Shown one piece after another: positions 9,831 to 20,502 of a stretch of DNA of 64,000 nt. The notes beneath the pieces are model-generated. The model was not told where the DNA came from. It saw nothing but the letters and a program-made list of their open reading frames with translations, and made no database searches. How positions within the stretch are numbered: position 1 is the stretch's first letter; every line of letters begins with the position of its first letter. The position numbers and the translations under genes were made by a program. Source of the stretch: a virus (Duplodnaviria; Heunggongvirae; Uroviricota; Caudoviricetes; Schitoviridae); the IMG/VR virus record IMGVR_UViG_3300033155_001073, one strand, 5' to 3'.

Positions 9831-10232
9831 ATGATATTACACTCCCCATTAAAAGTTTGGCGTGGTAAAACAAAGCCAACTAAAGCTAAGCAGTGGTTTA
9901 TACTTAATCTAAATAATTATCGTAATGCTCATTTTTTGGTTCTAAACCGAACCAAGATTAATTATAAAGCTGCAATGGCAAACCAGATCCAACTACTACC
10001 GGTTATAAATTATCCAATTCATATTGAATATACTTTATATCCAGGCACTAAGCGTAAATGTGATGTAGGAAACATCATATCAGTTCATCAAAAGTATTTT
10101 GAAGACGCTCTTGTCGAGATGGGTCGTATTGAAGATGATGACTACACATTCGTACCTACTTATAGTGGTGCATTTGGTGGAGTTGATAAGGATAACCCTC
10201 GTGTAGAAATACACATAACCAAAAAGGAATAA
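9831..10232 (+). CDS. RusA-like Holliday junction resolvase
   Basis: N-terminal VWRGKTKP...NNYRNAHF parallels RusA LPWPPSNNRYYRHN; C-terminal Asp cluster DALVEMGRIEDDDY parallels RusA catalytic aspartates. Confidence 0.5.
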   Translation: MILHSPLKVWRGKTKPTKAKQWFILNLNNYRNAHFLVLNRTKINYKAAMANQIQLLPVINYPIHIEYTLYPGTKRKCDVGNIISVHQKYFEDALVEMGRIEDDDYTFVPTYSGAFGGVDKDNPRVEIHITKKE

Positions 10233-10234
10233 CC

Positions 10235-10663
10235 GTGAGTATTAAACTCGAATTAGATGCAAATAGCATCAAACAAGCAATATCAAACCATATTGCAGCA
10301 CAAGGATTTAACTTAGAAGGCAAGAAAGTTGACGTTGCTTTAGTTAATGGCCGTGGTGGTAATGGTAACCGGGCTACAATAACTATCTCTGATAGTGATA
10401 ACAAACCTCAGCCAGGTAAAGGTGTTTTACGTAAGGCTTCTGATAATACTGCTTCAGAAACTGTTGCAAAAGTTATAGCTGAAGTTCCTTCTGCTGTAGT
10501 AGAAGAAGAAATACTAGAAGAAGTGATTATATCAGATCTTGATCCTATTGTAGCTGCAGCAGAAGGAGCACTAAATTTAGATGCACCTGAATCAGATGTT
10601 ATGCAAGATATCTTCCCAAAAACTAACCCTTCAGATGTGAAGGCACCTGAATCATTATTCTAA
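10235..10663 (+). CDS. hypothetical acidic protein (GTG start)
   Basis: 142-aa ORF. Confidence 0.35.
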   Translation: MSIKLELDANSIKQAISNHIAAQGFNLEGKKVDVALVNGRGGNGNRATITISDSDNKPQPGKGVLRKASDNTASETVAKVIAEVPSAVVEEEILEEVIISDLDPIVAAAEGALNLDAPESDVMQDIFPKTNPSDVKAPESLF

Positions 10664-10671
10664 GGTAAAAT

Positions 10672-10860
10672 ATGTTTAAAAAATTAAAAGCTTTATGGCA
10701 GGCTATTGTAGCAGTAATAGTAGTCGCTATCGTTATTGTACTACTAACTGTTGCTGTACCTGTATTTATAGGTCTTGTATCTATTGCACTTTTAGCAATG
10801 GTAGGGTATGTGACGTACCAGGTTAATAAAGATAACCAACCTGATACATCAGCAACTTAG
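10672..10860 (+). CDS. small membrane protein (62 aa)
   Basis: Central hydrophobic stretch AIVAVIVVAIVIVLLTVAVPVFIGLVSIALLAMVG. Confidence 0.4.
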   Translation: MFKKLKALWQAIVAVIVVAIVIVLLTVAVPVFIGLVSIALLAMVGYVTYQVNKDNQPDTSAT

Positions 10861-13800
10861 AGTACCACACTACCTAATTCTATTGCAGAAACTTGCAATG
10901 CACTATCTGCTACACCTAAACCAGGTACTTGTAGTTTGCCCATGATACTAGTCCACAGTAAAGATGAATCATCAATACTTGCTAGATCGCCTACAGCATG
11001 CTCAAGAGCAAATAGTGCCATTGTATTAGCAGGATTCTCCTTTAACATACGGAAAATGATCTTCTGTATACGAAATAGAAACTTCGTAAACATTAATACA
11101 CCAATATCATTTAAGTACTGTAATTCTGGACTTGTAGGTATATCGTAGTTAATAAAAGTTTCAATTACATCTAACAAAGCTTTTTGCTTTTGTTGGATAA
11201 CGAAATCTTTCTTAGCATCACCAGTTAACTTCTTCTTAAGTACTTGCTTATCAAGTTTACGCATATGGTGTTGATACAATACAAACCGTGCAACAAAGTC
11301 ACTCTTCTGAGTAAACTCTAATAACTTTTGATACACTTGTGTATCTTTAGTCATATAAGCTTGCTTATACACTTCAGTAGCAAGTGAAGAAGACTTTTCT
11401 GCTGCTTCACCTCTTTCAGCAAACCTTCCTGTTACACCTTGTACAAATCCAGCAGCTTGGCTACGGTAACTAAAGTCTTCTGCATGTACTTCAATATCTT
11501 CAACGATTGATTGAAATACACCTTCCTCTACTAATTCACGAACTGGATTAGCTTGTATACTATCAGTATAACTCTCAATCTGCTTCGTAAGATTCTTACG
11601 TGCAATCGCAGATAATCCCTGACTAATATCTAATTTATGTTGTAGGACTGCTCTCTTACGTACTTCTTCTTGATACTTGTTTAATGCTGTGTATGCTAAC
11701 GCACTGTCTTTTGCTATGTACTTAGGATTAACACCTCGAACCATAAGAATTACATTGTTACTGAATATGTTATCCCAAAGAACAACTCCAGATTTTATTA
11801 CAATATTATCTTTGGCTACACCAACGAATTCCATAACAGCTCGTTCAGTGGCTTTACCTATATTACTTGCTCCAGGCAATACTTTATCTAACTGATCAAA
11901 TACTTTAATAGTATTACCGTATTCATCTCTTGCAAAAGGTACTTTAATATCAGTGAAGCTTAGCTTACGGTAACCAAAGATTAGATCTATTAGTTCTTCA
12001 CGAACTATTATCTCATCATTACCCCAAATTTCCAGCATATCTTGCTTCATAGCGCCAGGCATCATAGCAAAGATCTCTCTATAACGCTCATTTGCTACTT
12101 TAGGCCCAATAGTAACGTAGGCACCTGGGTCTTTAGTATAATTCTTAGTATAATCATCTAAAGCCGTATTTAAAACCTGCTTATTAATATCAGCTGATTT
12201 CACCTTATCATGGATGCTTGCTTGCATTCTACCCAGGATAATGTCAAATTTGTTACTTTTATCTAACAACCCATTTTTAGTAGCTTCAGTCATCATGTAC
12301 CGGTAAGAAGTTATATTACCAGCATCATCCACAATAGGAACCAAGACATTATTCTTTGGGTCTTTCTTGCGTGGTGTAGAATTTTTAAACTGATCTGCAA
12401 TACCTGATGTCTGATTCTTAGCTATCTGGGTCATTTGAATTATACGATTTACATTAGATGGTTTAGTACCTTTTAACCGTAGTGCTTCCATGATGTCTGT
12501 ACCTTTACCAACCATATTAGTTAGTGAAGTAATTGACTTCATATAAATATTCTTAGAAGCATACCGGTTTACATATAAAGCCATACTGGTTTTATTACTA
12601 TCCGTCTTGTCTTTTGTTAGTCCTTCTTCTCTTTTGAAGCCTAACTTATTCATTTCCTTTATTGTTTTTTCGTTGTCTTCTCCGATACGAATCTCAATAT
12701 TAGGGTTCGTTATCTCAGTCGTGTAGCCTTTAATGGCTTGCGACTTATTACCCTGGAAGAGTTGTTCTAATGACTCTTTCTTAAAGTTCTCGTGTGTTTC
12801 TAAAGTGTACAAGATCCCGTTTGCCGTTGGGTCACCCTTATACTCACGATCAATGACTGTAGCAGCCCGCAAATTGATTTCTTTATCTGTGTGTTGTATC
12901 GCACTCAGTGAAGCCAACTGGTCTATAAGAGCTTCTGCTTGGTTTAAATCACCCGTTGCAGCCACATCTAAATCTCTCATTTGAGCGATATTATAAGCAT
13001 TCAACATTGGCTTATCTTCAATAGAAGAACCAGTTGCCATAATCCCACCCAGGTTCAAAGCTTGACGAATGTAGTAATTACCATTACCATCACCTTTAAC
13101 CGCATTAAATTTACGTAATTGGGTCTGGATCTTATTCATCTCTGCAGTACGATAAGAAGCGCTTCTTAACAGCTTAGTTATCTCTCCTAAGGTGTACTTA
13201 CCTTGAAGTACAGCTACATCTGTCTTAAGCAACGCTTGAGTGATAGAGTCGGCCTCTGCGTCTGTTAAGTCACCTATAAAGCTATCTTTAACTGCTTTAC
13301 TGATTAACTCAGCTATATGGCGACGTTCTTGATCCACGTACATCTTACTCATACGCAATAACGTGTGCCATTGTGAGTTATCTGCAGTTATACCCTGTAT
13401 CTCTTTAGCTAACTTAAGCAGGAAGTTCTGCTCTGTAACACGAAGTGCAGCTAAGACCTGCTTAATAGCGTGTAAGAAGGTCTTTCTACCTGTACTATTA
13501 CGAAGTACAAAAGGTAGGTCTACAATAGACTTAATACTCTTTTCTAAGATATTACGATCAGTCTTTTGATCTAACCGCTTCTGGTATCTGTGAAGAGGAG
13601 CGTAAATTCGCTTATTAAGTAGTGCAATAGTTCGCTTATCAAGTGAACCAATAAACCCTAAACGCTCTCTGATAGACTCGTGGTAACGGCTGTTAGTCTC
13701 CACTAACTTATTAACCAGAATATCTAAAGCTTCATCTGCGCGTACATCATGTGTATTGTAGATTTTACCTTGTACGAAGTCCATAATAGCATTGAATAAC

Positions 13801-16800
13801 TCCTTCAATCGGTCCCACACTGAACCAGAAGTTAGATCGCGTGTAGGCGTAGCCGGAATCGCGGCTAACTTCTTACGTATCTGAGCATTAGTCATACCAA
13901 ATGCAACAAACTCTTGTAAAGAGTCCTTACCTGAAAAGATGTAGTCATAACGCTTCTTAGCAGCTATATAGTCATCTACTTTAGACAGAGCAGTATGCTC
14001 AGGCATAAAGTCTTCTATAGTTATTACTTTCTTGACTTGTGAACGAAGCCTTTCAATTTGTGTACGATACACAAAATCTGTCTGTAAAGCGAAGTCTGTA
14101 ATATGATGAACCATTTCATGAACAAACACTTCTTGTGTAGATAATTGAGAAGTATTCTCAACAACATTCGAGTGTCCCGCTTGAATTTGAACAATACCAT
14201 CAGTAATCTGTCCTAAAACTTCCTTACCTTTCTTGTTGACTCTCAACGATACCGGTGCAGCGTCCGCTTCACTAATTACCTTATTAACAATACCACCAAG
14301 CACTTCTCGTAATTGAGTAGTATGTTCAGCTGAATCTTTAACATCACCCTGGTAGTGATCACTTAAGTATTCAAAGTTACTTAGCGTATTATCAGCAGTT
14401 AATTGTGCTTCATACTCAGACTGGAATGTATTATAGTCAAACGCAGAGCTCTGTGAGCCTAGTGGGCGCTTCATACTATCACCCGCATCATTTATTAACT
14501 TATCAAACTCTTTATCTAATAAAGCCTCTATCTCCTGCTCAGCAGACAATTCTTGCTCTACTTCCACAGGAATATCAGACGAACCAATCATAGACATCTG
14601 GTTAGTTGCAGTTAATCGATTTTCAAAGAAATCTTTACGTTCTCGAGTTATATCAGTAACTAAGTCATTTTGTAGAGCCAGAGTTACGTCTAAAGTAGAT
14701 GTACCTCTATCAATTGCATCCATATTAAAAGCATCAACAGCCTGTTCATATAACTTTGGATCACTATCCTTTAAATCTTTAAGTACCCGTAGTGTTGCCT
14801 TTTGTATCTCAGCTAAAATACTGTAGTCCTTATTAACATTAATAAATTGATTATTATATACTTCGGCACCAGGCACAGCTTCAGTAATACTCTTGATTAT
14901 AGCATCATGTACATTCATAAGATTACCGGTTGGAATAGTACCAACCATAGTAACAGCATCAATCATCTGTGTTGTAACAGCTGAGGGAGCCACACCAGGC
15001 TCTTTAAATACATCTAAACTAACTGTACTTGTACTTCTAGTCTTCTTCTTATCACTGGCTCTATTATTAATAGGTGTAGCAAATGTAACTTGCGTAGTAT
15101 CTGTATAAGCATCATAGTCACGTACTTTAGTAGTACCCATGATAACTAATCTATCAGCAAGTTTAGTAGACATAGGAGAATCAATAGCAGGTAGCAAATG
15201 TCGTAATGACTTATATATTTCAGATTCTTCAGCTGGAGATAATTTAACTCGCCCATTATTAGCAAAACCAATATCTACTGCCATTTCACCTTGAGCAATA
15301 ATATACTTCTTCTTCTCCGCCTTTTCTATAGCGCTATTATATGCAGCTTGATGTGCAAAGAACATGACTTTAAATCCATTGTTCACTGCATCACCATACT
15401 TAGAAACTTCAGGTAATTGAGAAGATATAGCCCCACCAAGAGCTTTACCCATACTACGTCGCAGTGCTGTTAAAGCATTATCACGAGCCGTTTTAGGTAA
15501 TACCCAGTCTTTACGATCCTTTATTTTAGGGTATGAGATGTTACCTTTTCTGTTAGATAACAATGACTGTAAATACCCTACATGTTTTTTAATCTTCTCT
15601 GCAGGCCGCTTCTTTGGATTACGTTTAACTTCTTCTATCTGGACCTGGATATCAGCATCATTACTTGCAGCCATCTTTAAGACTAATTCATTAATCTCTG
15701 CTTGAGTTTCAGCAGCCATAAGCTTACTGTACCAGTTTTCCATAGCTTCATCAGCCAATGCTTTAGAAATACTATTAATACCAGCACTATAGTTACTTGT
15801 CATTAAAGGAGTCTTGGATAACTTACGTCCAAACTTAGTTACATTACCTTCTTTATCAACCAAGTCTTCAAATAAATCTTGTAAGAAAGTCTGTACTTCA
15901 TCAGGAAATTTTAAGTCGGCAATTTGCTTATTCCAAGATAAAGCCAATCGTTCATAAGAATCAATATTAGTAATGCCATTATACCAGTCACCAAAGTGTA
16001 AAGTCTTACCATCAGAAAATACTCCACCAGATGCTAAAAGTGCATCTATATCCTTATCCAGCATAGACTGTAACAAAGTAATAATAACACCATTAGTTAT
16101 ACCATCAGTCTCTAAACCAAGATTGGTATTAAACTCTTTTGTAATAACTCCATCAGTTACAGCATCTGTATAAGCAGCCAGTGCAATTAAGCCAGCCATG
16201 GAATGAGCCTTACCTTTACCCTTCTGAATAGCATTAGTTATAACACTACGACCAATTGCAGCCTCTTCTTCACTTTGTTTTGCATCAGACTGTACGTATT
16301 TAATAGTGGCCACAGCTTCCATGATGTCATTATCTGCAAGCATAGAATTAAAATCAGCATCAGTAGCAACTAAGTCTTGCTTATCAATGTCATAACCAAA
16401 TGACTGAGCGATAGCTACACGTAAAATTTGTAATTGTTTTGTACCACCTGGTTTAATAGTTACGTTCCAGGCTTTAGGACCTACAAGCCAACGATGAATC
16501 TTACTTGATTGTACATTTAATCCATTACTCTTGATCATCATACGGAAGTTAGAGATAACAAACCAAGGGAAGTAAAATTTAGACTCTGGGCGTGGAGTAG
16601 CTGTCTTATGTTCTTGAGCCAAGCGAATATCACGTTCTATTGCGCGGTTCTTGCCTCTGGCGCCAATACGTTGTGTGACATGAAGACTATCGATATCATT
16701 CTCAAAACCTTCAATCTCTTTCCAAGTATCCTCACCTATGAATGAAAATAACTCGTAGTTATTATCATAATTCACATAAGCAACGTCTTGTAATTGTTTA

Positions 16801-18086
16801 ACCGCTTCTTGTTGTTTAGCTGGTATGGATCTACGCTTTCTATTAACCTTAGTAGGAACTTCTTCTATTTTAGTAAAGCTAACATTGTTAAGTGCTGTAC
16901 CTAATTTGAATACATGGTTTATAACACCATCACTTGAAGATACAATATCTAATGCACGCTGAGCAATTGTAACCGGGGCGTTATTTTGATCTGTACGCAT
17001 ACGAATAAATAGCGTAGGCTTCTTAGTCATAGTTTGAATTTGAGTAGTATCTTGAGTAGAGTACTCTCGTAAATCAGCAGAAGCCACTTCATTTTCTACC
17101 AAAATACCCATATGGATCATAGCAGACACAGCAGAAATACCTAAACTCATCTGCATCTTTTTAACAGATGTATCACTAATACCTTTAGCAGCCTTCATTC
17201 CAAGCAAACTAAAGATCTCAGCACCAATTCGTTCATTTAATGCTGTACGAGCTGTACCTACATCTGCAAGTAAAGCTTTGGCACCATCAGGAACATACTC
17301 TGTTTCACTTAAACTAAGGATACTACGGATAGCTGCATCATCATTAAATATAGATTGCTCACCTTCAGTACCTAACCAATTAAGAGATGCCACAGACATC
17401 GCTGCCATAAAGTTCTCATTTAGATACTTAACACCCTCAGTAGTTTCTTGTACAAAGTAACCAGACAAATCACCATAAGCGCCTTTTGAAGGATCTTTAG
17501 GATCATAAGTACCTTCTAAATTAGATTTATAAAGAGAGGTATTCTTAATAAAGCTATTCATCTTCAGTAAGGTTTCTCCCATTACTTCAGAGAACTTACC
17601 CATGGATTTTAAACCATCTTCCTGTAAAGGGGTTAGTTTTGGTAATGCAGTAGGACGATACCCACCTACAAAGCGAGAAAAGAAGTTAAAAACACCAGAC
17701 AGTACTGTTCCTTCCTTAGAAGAAGGGACTAAATAATCTTTTAAAGTAGTTTTGATAAACCCGGGACGCTTAACACCAATACCATTGGCTACCAGGTCTT
17801 TAGCCAGTGAGCCTTCTGAGATGTTAGAATCAATGTATTCTTGTGCTTCTTTTAAGAAGGAAGTCTTAGGCACAATAATCTTAACTTCGTAGTCGAGATT
17901 TAACTCTTTACGTAATGTTTCGAGATTATGCTGTGTAGTCTGAGCCATAATACTCATGGCTTGAATGAATGCTTGTTTTTCAGAGAGCCCTTGATCTAAT
18001 AACTGATCAAAGTTTTCTATTAGGGCAGCACCATCTACCTTACCTAATATTGAAGCGTTTTCGTAGATGCATGTCTTACTGCCCAT
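10857..18086 (-). CDS. virion-encapsidated RNA polymerase (N4 gp50-like vRNAP), 2409 aa
   Basis: T7-like RNAP motifs read in the translation: A LETDGITNG (comp 16089-16112); B FGRKLSKTPLMTSNYSAG with K-to-Y spacing of 8 (comp ~15790-15840); C LMNVHDAIIK (comp ~14890-14920). A-B and B-C spacings fit N4 mini-vRNAP. It is the giant first gene of the late strand. Confidence 0.85.
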   Translation of the reverse strand: MGSKTCIYENASILGKVDGAALIENFDQLLDQGLSEKQAFIQAMSIMAQTTQHNLETLRKELNLDYEVKIIVPKTSFLKEAQEYIDSNISEGSLAKDLVANGIGVKRPGFIKTTLKDYLVPSSKEGTVLSGVFNFFSRFVGGYRPTALPKLTPLQEDGLKSMGKFSEVMGETLLKMNSFIKNTSLYKSNLEGTYDPKDPSKGAYGDLSGYFVQETTEGVKYLNENFMAAMSVASLNWLGTEGEQSIFNDDAAIRSILSLSETEYVPDGAKALLADVGTARTALNERIGAEIFSLLGMKAAKGISDTSVKKMQMSLGISAVSAMIHMGILVENEVASADLREYSTQDTTQIQTMTKKPTLFIRMRTDQNNAPVTIAQRALDIVSSSDGVINHVFKLGTALNNVSFTKIEEVPTKVNRKRRSIPAKQQEAVKQLQDVAYVNYDNNYELFSFIGEDTWKEIEGFENDIDSLHVTQRIGARGKNRAIERDIRLAQEHKTATPRPESKFYFPWFVISNFRMMIKSNGLNVQSSKIHRWLVGPKAWNVTIKPGGTKQLQILRVAIAQSFGYDIDKQDLVATDADFNSMLADNDIMEAVATIKYVQSDAKQSEEEAAIGRSVITNAIQKGKGKAHSMAGLIALAAYTDAVTDGVITKEFNTNLGLETDGITNGVIITLLQSMLDKDIDALLASGGVFSDGKTLHFGDWYNGITNIDSYERLALSWNKQIADLKFPDEVQTFLQDLFEDLVDKEGNVTKFGRKLSKTPLMTSNYSAGINSISKALADEAMENWYSKLMAAETQAEINELVLKMAASNDADIQVQIEEVKRNPKKRPAEKIKKHVGYLQSLLSNRKGNISYPKIKDRKDWVLPKTARDNALTALRRSMGKALGGAISSQLPEVSKYGDAVNNGFKVMFFAHQAAYNSAIEKAEKKKYIIAQGEMAVDIGFANNGRVKLSPAEESEIYKSLRHLLPAIDSPMSTKLADRLVIMGTTKVRDYDAYTDTTQVTFATPINNRASDKKKTRSTSTVSLDVFKEPGVAPSAVTTQMIDAVTMVGTIPTGNLMNVHDAIIKSITEAVPGAEVYNNQFINVNKDYSILAEIQKATLRVLKDLKDSDPKLYEQAVDAFNMDAIDRGTSTLDVTLALQNDLVTDITRERKDFFENRLTATNQMSMIGSSDIPVEVEQELSAEQEIEALLDKEFDKLINDAGDSMKRPLGSQSSAFDYNTFQSEYEAQLTADNTLSNFEYLSDHYQGDVKDSAEHTTQLREVLGGIVNKVISEADAAPVSLRVNKKGKEVLGQITDGIVQIQAGHSNVVENTSQLSTQEVFVHEMVHHITDFALQTDFVYRTQIERLRSQVKKVITIEDFMPEHTALSKVDDYIAAKKRYDYIFSGKDSLQEFVAFGMTNAQIRKKLAAIPATPTRDLTSGSVWDRLKELFNAIMDFVQGKIYNTHDVRADEALDILVNKLVETNSRYHESIRERLGFIGSLDKRTIALLNKRIYAPLHRYQKRLDQKTDRNILEKSIKSIVDLPFVLRNSTGRKTFLHAIKQVLAALRVTEQNFLLKLAKEIQGITADNSQWHTLLRMSKMYVDQERRHIAELISKAVKDSFIGDLTDAEADSITQALLKTDVAVLQGKYTLGEITKLLRSASYRTAEMNKIQTQLRKFNAVKGDGNGNYYIRQALNLGGIMATGSSIEDKPMLNAYNIAQMRDLDVAATGDLNQAEALIDQLASLSAIQHTDKEINLRAATVIDREYKGDPTANGILYTLETHENFKKESLEQLFQGNKSQAIKGYTTEITNPNIEIRIGEDNEKTIKEMNKLGFKREEGLTKDKTDSNKTSMALYVNRYASKNIYMKSITSLTNMVGKGTDIMEALRLKGTKPSNVNRIIQMTQIAKNQTSGIADQFKNSTPRKKDPKNNVLVPIVDDAGNITSYRYMMTEATKNGLLDKSNKFDIILGRMQASIHDKVKSADINKQVLNTALDDYTKNYTKDPGAYVTIGPKVANERYREIFAMMPGAMKQDMLEIWGNDEIIVREELIDLIFGYRKLSFTDIKVPFARDEYGNTIKVFDQLDKVLPGASNIGKATERAVMEFVGVAKDNIVIKSGVVLWDNIFSNNVILMVRGVNPKYIAKDSALAYTALNKYQEEVRKRAVLQHKLDISQGLSAIARKNLTKQIESYTDSIQANPVRELVEEGVFQSIVEDIEVHAEDFSYRSQAAGFVQGVTGRFAERGEAAEKSSSLATEVYKQAYMTKDTQVYQKLLEFTQKSDFVARFVLYQHHMRKLDKQVLKKKLTGDAKKDFVIQQKQKALLDVIETFINYDIPTSPELQYLNDIGVLMFTKFLFRIQKIIFRMLKENPANTMALFALEHAVGDLASIDDSSLLWTSIMGKLQVPGLGVADSALQVSAIELGSVVL

Positions 18087-18108
18087 ATATGTATTCCTTA
18101 ATAAATTG

Positions 18109-18474
18109 TTATAACTGTCTTACTTGTATTAGTCGAGATCTTTCTACAATACGATCTGCTGTAGTCGTAATTGTAACCGTAACAATGTAATTATCTAAAT
18201 GTGTTCCCCCAGATAACCAAAAGGTTACTGAAGTATCTGTATCTGTGGCTTGAGCAGCAGGACGAGTAACACCATTATATTCTGTTATTCCATCATGGAG
18301 ATTAATTCCAGAAGGTACAACAACAGAAACATCTGATATTAATTCACCTGCTTCTAAAAAATCTTCTTCACTACCTCCATTGGTAGTATTAGCAAAATCT
18401 GTCTTATAGTCCAAGATATCACTTGGATCTTTTGCTGGGTCTTCAGTATACATTATATACTCCTTATAAACCAA
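18109..18474 (-). CDS. virion-module hypothetical protein
   Basis: ORF in late operon. Confidence 0.4.
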   Translation of the reverse strand: MVYKEYIMYTEDPAKDPSDILDYKTDFANTTNGGSEEDFLEAGELISDVSVVVPSGINLHDGITEYNGVTRPAAQATDTDTSVTFWLSGGTHLDNYIVTVTITTTADRIVERSRLIQVRQL

Positions 18475-18615
18475 TTATTTGGATACGTAATTCTTTAGCT
18501 ATAACTTGAATACGCTCAATAGCTGCAGTAAATACTATAACTCCAGTCTGCCATGCAGAGGAAGCCCAGCTACTATTAGCATAGGCTCCATCTGCCCAAC
18601 CGTCCCCAATGGACA

Positions 18616-20487
18616 TTAAGCACCATCCCAAGGTGTAGCATTACCATCACCAACAACAGTAGCACCATTAATAGACTGTGTATTAGTATCCAGCTCTAAT
18701 GCTTTAGTAAAGGTTAGTTGATCTGTTTTAACTTTTACAGCATCTGCTACAGTATCTAAAGTATCAATCAAGGCTTTTAAAGCACCTAATCCATCAGTAG
18801 CATTGCTTAAATCAGTTTGTATACCATCCACTACTGTATCCACTGTACCCAGGTTAGCAATAATAGTAGCAATTTCAGTATCAATATAACCAGCAATTGT
18901 AGCTAAAGTAGCAGGTAATGTTGTACCAGTATCTACAAGAATATCAGTTACATGCTCATGGATATCATCATATACAAAAGTTACATTACCACCTGAATTA
19001 TCAATAATCTCAAATGCACCACGTACATTCATAGTACCACTACAAGTAGAAGCTACAATCAATTTACCAGTTCCAGAAATACTAAATAGGTTAGTTCCAC
19101 CATTATTAAGATTACGTATCTCAAGACCATTTTGCCAATCAGAAATAGCAATAGCATGCGTTACAGCAGCAATACCACAATCTAAGATTGGTGTAGCAGC
19201 TCCTGCAATATTAGAACGACTATTTACAAGAGAAATATCACCACTAGTAAGTTGGTCTAACGTAATCGTACCAGAAAATGCACAATTTACGAAATGAGCT
19301 TCATCAACTTCTACATCACCTACCCCAGAATCCACAACATCAAAATGATCTGAACCCCCTGTTGTAGTGGCCTTACCTGTTAAAGGAGATGCATGGAAAA
19401 TATGTGTACCTGCATAATCATGATTACCAAGAGTAACTGTATAACCAATACCATAAACATTTGAATTCTGAAAGTCACTTGATGGAGCAAATACCGAATC
19501 AGATGTCATATGGAAATCATGCAGGTTAAGCTCATCTGCTATTGTAATAGCATCAGCTAAAGTATCTACAGAATTATCAGCCACACCATTAACATGTATC
19601 TCAGTACCTGCTACACCATGAACAGTATCAACCCAAACTCGTCCATTTGCATAACCAACAGATTGTACTATTTGGGAAGTATATCGCATAACAGCTCTAT
19701 CAATAAAGAATGTAGCACCGGTTAATCCAGAAGCTAATCCACGTATACGCACTTTATGAGTGGTGCTGGTCATAGCACTAGTAACTGTAAATACTGCTAC
19801 ACCATCTGGACTACCTGCTGTAGCGCCTATCATAGAACCGATTCCCTTCCATGATGTGGATACCCAGTCATATGCTTGGACTGCTATAACATCATCCTTA
19901 CCTTCTAATCGACCGTTCATAGCAATACTGGTACCAATCTGACTATTACCAACATCAAATTGGTAATAGAAATCAATAACTCCACCTACATCACTAACCT
20001 CATGATAACCACCATCCAGGCTTTGTGCTGCCACATAAGTATTAACTTCTGAGCCTGTTGTAACTACAGCAGATTCAGGAGCTACAGAAGAAGCAGCTGC
20101 ACCAGTAGGTAAATTAGATGTGATATTAACAACACGCTCTAATGAACGATTTTCTATACTGAAAGTACCAACAACTCGGCCTACAGCAGAAATAGCATCT
20201 ACAGTACCGGTAGTAATTACAATTTGGTAATCAGCCCCTGGGGTATAAGCAGCATCAGCAGATAAGTCAATTAAGACATTATGCATACCTGTAATACCAT
20301 CAAAATCAACTGTTAGGGTAATACCCGCAGTAATTTGAGTTAACGAATTATCTTTGTACACACTAATAACAGGGGTGCCTGCTAATGTTGTAGGTACTCT
20401 GGTAGAGTTACTACCTAAATCTACTGTTAAAAACTTTACGTTTAATGTCGCAAAGTCTTCTGTGAAATCGCCTATATAATTACTCAT
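18616..20487 (-). CDS. virion structural protein (623 aa)
   Basis: Late operon; Gly/Thr/Val-rich beta-type composition. Confidence 0.45.
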   Translation of the reverse strand: MSNYIGDFTEDFATLNVKFLTVDLGSNSTRVPTTLAGTPVISVYKDNSLTQITAGITLTVDFDGITGMHNVLIDLSADAAYTPGADYQIVITTGTVDAISAVGRVVGTFSIENRSLERVVNITSNLPTGAAASSVAPESAVVTTGSEVNTYVAAQSLDGGYHEVSDVGGVIDFYYQFDVGNSQIGTSIAMNGRLEGKDDVIAVQAYDWVSTSWKGIGSMIGATAGSPDGVAVFTVTSAMTSTTHKVRIRGLASGLTGATFFIDRAVMRYTSQIVQSVGYANGRVWVDTVHGVAGTEIHVNGVADNSVDTLADAITIADELNLHDFHMTSDSVFAPSSDFQNSNVYGIGYTVTLGNHDYAGTHIFHASPLTGKATTTGGSDHFDVVDSGVGDVEVDEAHFVNCAFSGTITLDQLTSGDISLVNSRSNIAGAATPILDCGIAAVTHAIAISDWQNGLEIRNLNNGGTNLFSISGTGKLIVASTCSGTMNVRGAFEIIDNSGGNVTFVYDDIHEHVTDILVDTGTTLPATLATIAGYIDTEIATIIANLGTVDTVVDGIQTDLSNATDGLGALKALIDTLDTVADAVKVKTDQLTFTKALELDTNTQSINGATVVGDGNATPWDGA

Positions 20488-20502
20488 GGTGTACCCTCTT
20501 GA

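Noticed and set aside
14118-14132. HExxH (VFVHEMVHHITDF), a possible zincin metalloprotease motif in the vRNAP C-terminal domain
   Set aside because: HExxH alone is expected by chance at roughly 0.07 per 2400 aa. I could see no supporting third zinc ligand or Met-turn.
10936-18190. Multiple + strand 60-85-aa ORFs inside the vRNAP gene
   Set aside because: They are antisense to a gene with verified catalytic motifs, with no RBS.
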